Shown in pieces: positions 42,515 to 47,499 of a DNA stretch of 47,499 nt (position 1 is its first letter; the number at the start of each line of letters is the position of its first letter). A model generated the notes under the pieces. It made no database searches and was not told the origin of the DNA. It worked only from the letters and a program-made list of their open reading frames with translations. Where the stretch lies: NCBI GenBank assembly GCA_041576235.1, contig JBFGLJ010000002.1, positions 1 to 47,499 of the forward strand. The letters are read 5' to 3'. The stretch comes from Gemmatimonadales bacterium. Its GTDB lineage: Bacteria > Gemmatimonadota > Gemmatimonadetes > Gemmatimonadales > GWC2-71-9. A program made the position numbers and the translations under genes.

Positions 42515-43932
42515 TGGGGAATGCGCTCTGGCTCTTTCTGCTGGTTGTCAATGTCCTGGTGCTCTTCTACTTCATCGTGCTCAACACGACCTACCTCGTC
42601 ACCAGCATCACCGCGTTTCGTTCCCTCCGGGACTACGCCCACCGGCTCAAGACCCTCGACGTGGGATTCCTCATGCGCTCCGGGGCCGCCCTACCGGTCA
42701 CGATCGTCGCGCCGGCCTACAACGAGGAAGCCACCTGCGTCGAGGCGGTCCAGGCCTTGCTCACGCTCGAATACCCCAATTACGAGGTCATCGTCGTCAA
42801 CGACGGATCCAAGGATCAAACGCTCAACCAGTTGACGGCCGCCTTCGACTTGGTCGAGGCTCCGAGGTATCCCTCGGCCACCCTCTCGACGGCACCGGTG
42901 CGCGCAACCTACCGAAGTAAGAGCCATCGGAACCTGTGGGTCGTCGACAAGGCCAACGGGGGGAAGGCCGACGCCATCAATGCCGGCCTCAACCTGGTCC
43001 GGAGCGTGCTCTTCTGCGTCATCGACGCCGACAGCCTGCTCGAACCGGAGGCCTTGATCCGGGTGACCCGGCCCTTCATCGAAGACGACAACACCGTCGC
43101 CGCCGGCGGCATCATCCGGATCGCCAACGGGACCACCGTCCGCGCAGGCCGCGTCCACGATGTGCGCCTGCCGCGCAATCTCCTGGCCCGACTCCAGGTG
43201 CTCGAGTACCTGCGCTCGTTCCACTCCGGCCGCCTGGGCTGGGCCGAGATGAATGCGACATTGATCATCTCGGGGGCGTTCGGCTTGTTCAAGCGCTCGA
43301 TCGTGGTCGATGCCGGCGGGTTCGCCACCGACAGCGTGGGTGAGGACATGGAACTCGTGGTACGACTCCATCGATTCTGCGGAGACAACGGCATCCCATA
43401 CCGCATCGTGTACATCCCCGACCCCGTGGCCTGGACCGAGTGCCCGGAGACCGTTCGCACGTTGGCCAGACAGCGGGACCGGTGGCAGCGCGGCCTGGTG
43501 GACACCCTCATGCGCCACCGGCAGATGCTCTTTCGACCCCGATACGGAGCAGCCGGGCTGCTCTCGTTCCCCTACTATTTTTTTCTCGAGATGCTCGGCC
43601 CCGTCATCGAGGTCGTCGGCTACATCGCCTTCGCGCTGACCATCATCCTCGGACTGGCCTCCGGTGAGTACGTCCTCGCGTTCTTTGCGTTGGCGGTCGT
43701 ATTCGGCATCGCCCTGTCCGTCGCCGCGATCGGGTTGGAAGAACTGAGTTTCCGCCGGTACGCGCGCACCGGCGATCTCCTGCGCCTGTTCTGGCTCGCC
43801 ATCATCGAGAACATCGGCTACCGACAGCTCAATTCGTGGTGGCGCCTTCGCGGCATGTGGTCGGCCATCCGCGGCCGCACGAGCTGGGGCGAGCAACAGA
43901 GGAAAGGGTTTGCGACGACCAGCACCCCCTGA
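42514..43932 (+). CDS. processive family-2 glycosyltransferase (PgaC/IcaA/NodC-like polysaccharide synthase)
   Basis: VTIVAPAYNEE, VVNDGSKD, VIDADS, GEDMEL, QRDRWQRG (Q-x-x-R-W), flanked by N- and C-terminal TM helices. Confidence 0.9.
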   Translation: MGNALWLFLLVVNVLVLFYFIVLNTTYLVTSITAFRSLRDYAHRLKTLDVGFLMRSGAALPVTIVAPAYNEEATCVEAVQALLTLEYPNYEVIVVNDGSKDQTLNQLTAAFDLVEAPRYPSATLSTAPVRATYRSKSHRNLWVVDKANGGKADAINAGLNLVRSVLFCVIDADSLLEPEALIRVTRPFIEDDNTVAAGGIIRIANGTTVRAGRVHDVRLPRNLLARLQVLEYLRSFHSGRLGWAEMNATLIISGAFGLFKRSIVVDAGGFATDSVGEDMELVVRLHRFCGDNGIPYRIVYIPDPVAWTECPETVRTLARQRDRWQRGLVDTLMRHRQMLFRPRYGAAGLLSFPYYFFLEMLGPVIEVVGYIAFALTIILGLASGEYVLAFFALAVVFGIALSVAAIGLEELSFRRYARTGDLLRLFWLAIIENIGYRQLNSWWRLRGMWSAIRGRTSWGEQQRKGFATTSTP

Positions 43933-46384
43933 GGGACGACGCGGCCGCCCCGCGCGCCTGATCGCGGCCGCCGCCCTCCTAGGCGGCGGCCTCGTAGCGC
44001 TCGGCACCCCGCTCGGACCACTGCCGCCGCTCGGGCCCTTACTCGACCCCGCCAGCGGGGTGTGGGCCGTGGCACGCAGCGCTATCCTCCCAGCCAGCGC
44101 AACGGCTCGCCTCCCAGGCCTCGACGGCCCGGTTTCCGTCGTATACGACCGCCGGGGCGTGCCGCACATCTTCGCCGAAACCGAAGCCGATGCGTACCGC
44201 GCCCAGGGATACGTCGTGGCAAGGGACAGGCTCTTCCAGCTCGAGCTGCAAACCCGCGCCACCACCGGCCGGCTCACCGAATGGGTCGGCCCGCTGGCAC
44301 TCCCGGCCGACCGCCTCATGCGCTCGTTGGGATTGGCCGGCGTGGCCGAGCGGCAGTTCGCGCAACTCGATACGACCGCTCCCGATCACCTCGCCTTGCG
44401 TGCCTACGCCGAAGGTGTGAACGCCTGGATCACCGGACTCGAGCCGCGACATCTGCCCCTCGAGTATCGCCTCCTCGATATCCGCCCCGAGCCCTGGCGG
44501 CCGGAGCACACACTATACCTCCTGCAGCGCATGAACTGGACCCTCTCCTACGGCCAGTTGACGCCCAAGCGCGAGCGGGTCGCCGCCTTGGTCGGACCCC
44601 GCGCCGCCGACGCGTTGCTCGCTCCGTGGAGCCCAATCCAAGAACCGATTATTCCAAACGGGCGCGAGGCGCCGCGGTTCGACTTCACCCCGCTGCCCGA
44701 GCCGGAACTGGGACCGGGTCGTCTCGCACTCGACCCCGTCCCCACCCCGCCCTCCACAGAGGGACCTCTCGGCAGTAACAACTGGGCCCTCGCGGGGGCC
44801 CGCACCGGGTCCGGGTTTCCGATTCTCGCGGGCGATCCCCATCTCGAACTCACCCTCCCGTCGATCTGGTACGAGATCCATCTCGTGGTCCCCGGTGTGC
44901 TCGATGTCTACGGCGCCACCATTCCGGGCGCACCCGGGGTCATCATCGGCTTCAACCGCCACCTCGCGTGGAGCTTCACCAACACCGAAGCCGATGTGAT
45001 GGATTACTACCGTGAAGCGGTGGACGATGCCGCGGCGCCCACCCGGACCCGTCTCGACGGCGGATGGCGGGACGTCGAGCGCCGCCTCGAGACCTACCGT
45101 GACCGCGACGGGGCTGTCGTGGCGCGGGACACGTTCTTCACCAGCCACCGCGGGCCGCTCCTGCGCGAGGGGGACGCATGGCTCTCGCTCCGGTGGACAG
45201 CGCTCGAGCCCTCGCGCACCCAGCGCGCCCTGCTCGCGGCCCCCAAGGCAGAGAATGCCAGGGATTGGCTTACCGCGATGGAGGCCTTCGCCGTCCCGCC
45301 GCAGAACGCCCTGGTCGCCGATCGATTCGGAACCATCGCCATTCGCTCGACCGGTCACTTCCCGCTCCGGCCGGCGTCTCGGGGAGGACGCGTTCTCGAT
45401 GGATCCACCAGCGCAAATGACTGGACGGGCTACCGGCCTCCCGCCCGGATGCCGCAGGCCATCGATCCCGACCAAGGCTACCTGGCCTCGGCGAATCAAC
45501 AGCCCAGCGATCCCCTTGCCGACAGCACCTATCTCGGGGCCGACTGGCGGCAGCCGTGGCGCGCCATCCAGATCAACCGCCTCCTCCGCGCACGGCACGA
45601 CTGGACTCCCGAAGAGGTCGCGCGATTGCAGACCGATCCCCGAAGCGCCAAGGCCGATTTCTTCGTGCCGTATTTTCGCGACGCCGTCGCGCGCCTCAGC
45701 GAGCAAGGTCGAGCCGACTCGATCGTGGTCGAGGCCGGCCGGATGCTCGGCACATGGGACCTCCGCTACACGCTCGAGAGCGCCCAGGCCGTCCTGTTCG
45801 AGTTCGCCATGGAGGAACTGACCACTCGCATCTGGGACGAACTCGGCGACGACGAGAGCACGCGCGCCCACACGCCACCCAGCGCCCTGCTCCCCAGGCT
45901 GCTCGAGGATCCCACCAACGCTTGGTGGGATGTCCGGGCCACCGACGTCGCCGAGACCCGTGATTCGATCCTGCTCTCCAGCCTCCGTGCGGGCTTCGAG
46001 CGGGCGAGAGAGGAACATGGTCCTCCCGGCACGGTTTCATGGCACTGGGGCAACGTGCGGCAGATGCAGATCCATCATCTGCTCCGCATCCCAGCGCTGT
46101 CCGCGCTCGACGTGCCCAACGCAGGGGGCACGGGCACGCTCAGTCCCATGGGCGCGCACGGCACCCACGGGGCCAGCTGGCGGATGGTGGTGGAGCTCGG
46201 GCCCAAAGAGGTCCGCGCCCGGACCATCTACCCGGGAGGCCAATCGGGCAATCCGGCGAGCCCCTGGTATCAGGACCGTCTCGCGCGGTGGTCGGCCGGA
46301 GAGCTGGATGCGGTGTCGTTCCCCGTGTCGCCCGAGGAGCTATTGGCCAACCAGGTGAGCGCGCGTCTCTCCCTCACCCCCTGA
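43910..46384 (+). CDS. penicillin/AHL acylase family Ntn-hydrolase (peptidase S45)
   Basis: GVPHIFAETEADAYRAQGYVVARDRLFQLE and the autoprocessing site G-SNNWALAG. N-terminal anchor. TTG start preceded by GGAAAGGG, overlapping the GT2 gene by 23 nt. Confidence 0.88.
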   Translation: MRRPAPPEGRRGRPARLIAAAALLGGGLVALGTPLGPLPPLGPLLDPASGVWAVARSAILPASATARLPGLDGPVSVVYDRRGVPHIFAETEADAYRAQGYVVARDRLFQLELQTRATTGRLTEWVGPLALPADRLMRSLGLAGVAERQFAQLDTTAPDHLALRAYAEGVNAWITGLEPRHLPLEYRLLDIRPEPWRPEHTLYLLQRMNWTLSYGQLTPKRERVAALVGPRAADALLAPWSPIQEPIIPNGREAPRFDFTPLPEPELGPGRLALDPVPTPPSTEGPLGSNNWALAGARTGSGFPILAGDPHLELTLPSIWYEIHLVVPGVLDVYGATIPGAPGVIIGFNRHLAWSFTNTEADVMDYYREAVDDAAAPTRTRLDGGWRDVERRLETYRDRDGAVVARDTFFTSHRGPLLREGDAWLSLRWTALEPSRTQRALLAAPKAENARDWLTAMEAFAVPPQNALVADRFGTIAIRSTGHFPLRPASRGGRVLDGSTSANDWTGYRPPARMPQAIDPDQGYLASANQQPSDPLADSTYLGADWRQPWRAIQINRLLRARHDWTPEEVARLQTDPRSAKADFFVPYFRDAVARLSEQGRADSIVVEAGRMLGTWDLRYTLESAQAVLFEFAMEELTTRIWDELGDDESTRAHTPPSALLPRLLEDPTNAWWDVRATDVAETRDSILLSSLRAGFERAREEHGPPGTVSWHWGNVRQMQIHHLLRIPALSALDVPNAGGTGTLSPMGAHGTHGASWRMVVELGPKEVRARTIYPGGQSGNPASPWYQDRLARWSAGELDAVSFPVSPEELLANQVSARLSLTP

Positions 46385-46388
46385 CGCC

Positions 46389-46751
46389 ATGCGAACCGTG
46401 ATCCGCCTCCTGCTGCTCGCCGCCGCCGTGGCCCTCGGTACCCAGGCCGTCGGCTGGGTCGCCCCCGCTGGGGTGGGACTCCTGTGGGGGGTAGTGGGGG
46501 GAGACACCCGCCGACCCGTGCTCGTCGGCGCGGCCGCGGCGGTGGCGGGGTGGGCCGGGCTCCTGGTGAGCCACGCGATCTGGGGTGATTTGGGCGCGCT
46601 CCTGTCCCGTCTGGGCGGTGTCGTGGGGCTCCCCTGGCCCGTTCTGCTCGGGGCCCCGCTCCTCCTCGGCGCTTCATCTTGCGGGTTGGCCGCCTGGTGT
46701 GGCACCGAGGCTTGCCGATTCCTTGGGCCGCGTCGGGAAACTGTGAGCTAG
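46389..46751 (+). CDS. small integral membrane protein, unknown function
   Basis: Starts 5 nt after the acylase stop. 3-4 hydrophobic helices. Confidence is limited by the high-GC background. Confidence 0.45.
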   Translation: MRTVIRLLLLAAAVALGTQAVGWVAPAGVGLLWGVVGGDTRRPVLVGAAAAVAGWAGLLVSHAIWGDLGALLSRLGGVVGLPWPVLLGAPLLLGASSCGLAAWCGTEACRFLGPRRETVS

Positions 46752-46891
46752 ATCGCGGCCCCGAGCCGCAGGGAGGCTCATGTTCCAAGCCCCCAGACGC
46801 CGGGAGCGCCCATGACCCAGAGCCCAGCCCTTTCTTCCTTCAACCCCACCTTGAGCTGAATCGGCCAGCGCCACGCGGAGGGACCTGGTGG

Positions 46892-47499
46892 TTGCCTAGG
46901 ATCAGCATCCTGCTGGCGGCGGGATGGGTTCCATTCGCCTACGCCCTGGCACCGTGGCTCGTTCGGAAGGCCTATCGGGGCGAGAGTCTCGCCCTCTTCA
47001 ACGCGGTCATCACGGGACAGGCACAGCACCCGGTGTCGCACTACCTCGCGGTATGGTTTCGCGCGGCGCACGCGATCACGGGCGCCTTGGTCATCATCCT
47101 CGGGCTGGTCTACGTCGTGATGCGGTGGGCGCCACGGGCTCGCCCCCTCCTCGACCGCAGCCTCGATCTTCTCAGGACCGCACCCAGCGATACCAGAACG
47201 CTCCTCACCTTCTCCATCTGGTTCGGGTTCGTTGCCGGTTTGGGCGAGGGCCTGCTTCTGTGGCTGCTGCAGCGGCTGCACCTGCTCACCTGGAAGATGG
47301 GCCTGTTGACGGTGACCGCGGAGATCATCGGCGCCTCGCTCGTCGTGGCGGTTCTGGTCTTTGGCGGGCTGGGGATCCTGGCCGCGGTGCTGGCGCGTCT
47401 CTGGCCCCGCGTGCCGGTCGGAGCTGGCGTGGTCTTCGTCTTCGTCTTTCTCACGGCGTACAACTGGCTCGGCGTGCCGCTCACCGGACGCCTCCAGGA
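46892..47499 (+). CDS. integral membrane protein, N-terminal part only (runs off the right edge)
   Basis: My own translation gives an open frame to the window end (..ISILLAAGWVPFAYALAPWLV...FSIWFGFVAGLGEGLLLWLLQ...VVFVFVFLTAYNW..) with several TM helices. The TTG start is tentative. Not in the ORF track because there is no stop. Confidence 0.4.
   Translation, partial: MPRISILLAAGWVPFAYALAPWLVRKAYRGESLALFNAVITGQAQHPVSHYLAVWFRAAHAITGALVIILGLVYVVMRWAPRARPLLDRSLDLLRTAPSDTRTLLTFSIWFGFVAGLGEGLLLWLLQRLHLLTWKMGLLTVTAEIIGASLVVAVLVFGGLGILAAVLARLWPRVPVGAGVVFVFVFLTAYNWLGVPLTGRLQ

Noticed and set aside
42691-46018. Two long minus-strand ORFs (42691-44319, 542 aa; 44513-46018, 501 aa)
   Set aside because: Antisense to the GT2 synthase and S45 acylase genes, which carry clear family motifs. 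Both translations are low-complexity and Arg/Gly/Pro-rich.

Overview
High-GC (roughly 65-70% by eye) bacterial chromosomal segment, densely packed with housekeeping and envelope genes. Many neighbours are translationally coupled through ATGA or TGATG overlaps. I support about 50 CDSs and one tRNA-Asn(GTT); there is no rRNA, CRISPR array, transposase or integrase. Recognisable genes include a DtxR-family repressor with a palindromic operator ahead of a di-heme DUF1111 protein, gdhA, a PP2C phosphatase, LD-carboxypeptidase, and an APC permease fused to EIIA and TrkA-C domains. Also present are an XdhC-like protein, a class IV aminotransferase beside a sulfotransferase-like gene, and a symporter / D-aminoacylase / K+ channel / M20 amidohydrolase operon. 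Further along are an HDAC-family fusion, a MacAB-type efflux set, an OmpA protein with TSP3 repeats, and a response-regulator / HEAT / processive GT2 / S45 acylase operon. The clearly accessory part is a lower-GC island at about 9.93-15.37 kb. (a) From 11.1 to 14.1 kb it holds an integron-type gene-cassette array. The attC-like sites have RYYYAAC...GTTRRRY boxes, stop codons sit inside the inverse-core box, the paired arms show compensatory covariation with a conserved bulged base, and no integrase is in the window (CALIN-like). (b) To its left, a 23S-IVS/Avd-family four-helix-bundle gene and an 84-aa acidic ORF are each bracketed by inverted tracts of a 7-bp repeat (GAGTCGT). That repeat also occurs at 7.21 kb and supplies the stop codon of the neighbouring GT2 gene. 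I could not identify a coherent multi-gene system of known or obviously new function. The cassette cargo consists of small membrane or secreted proteins of unknown role. All functional calls rest on motif recognition by eye and need database confirmation.
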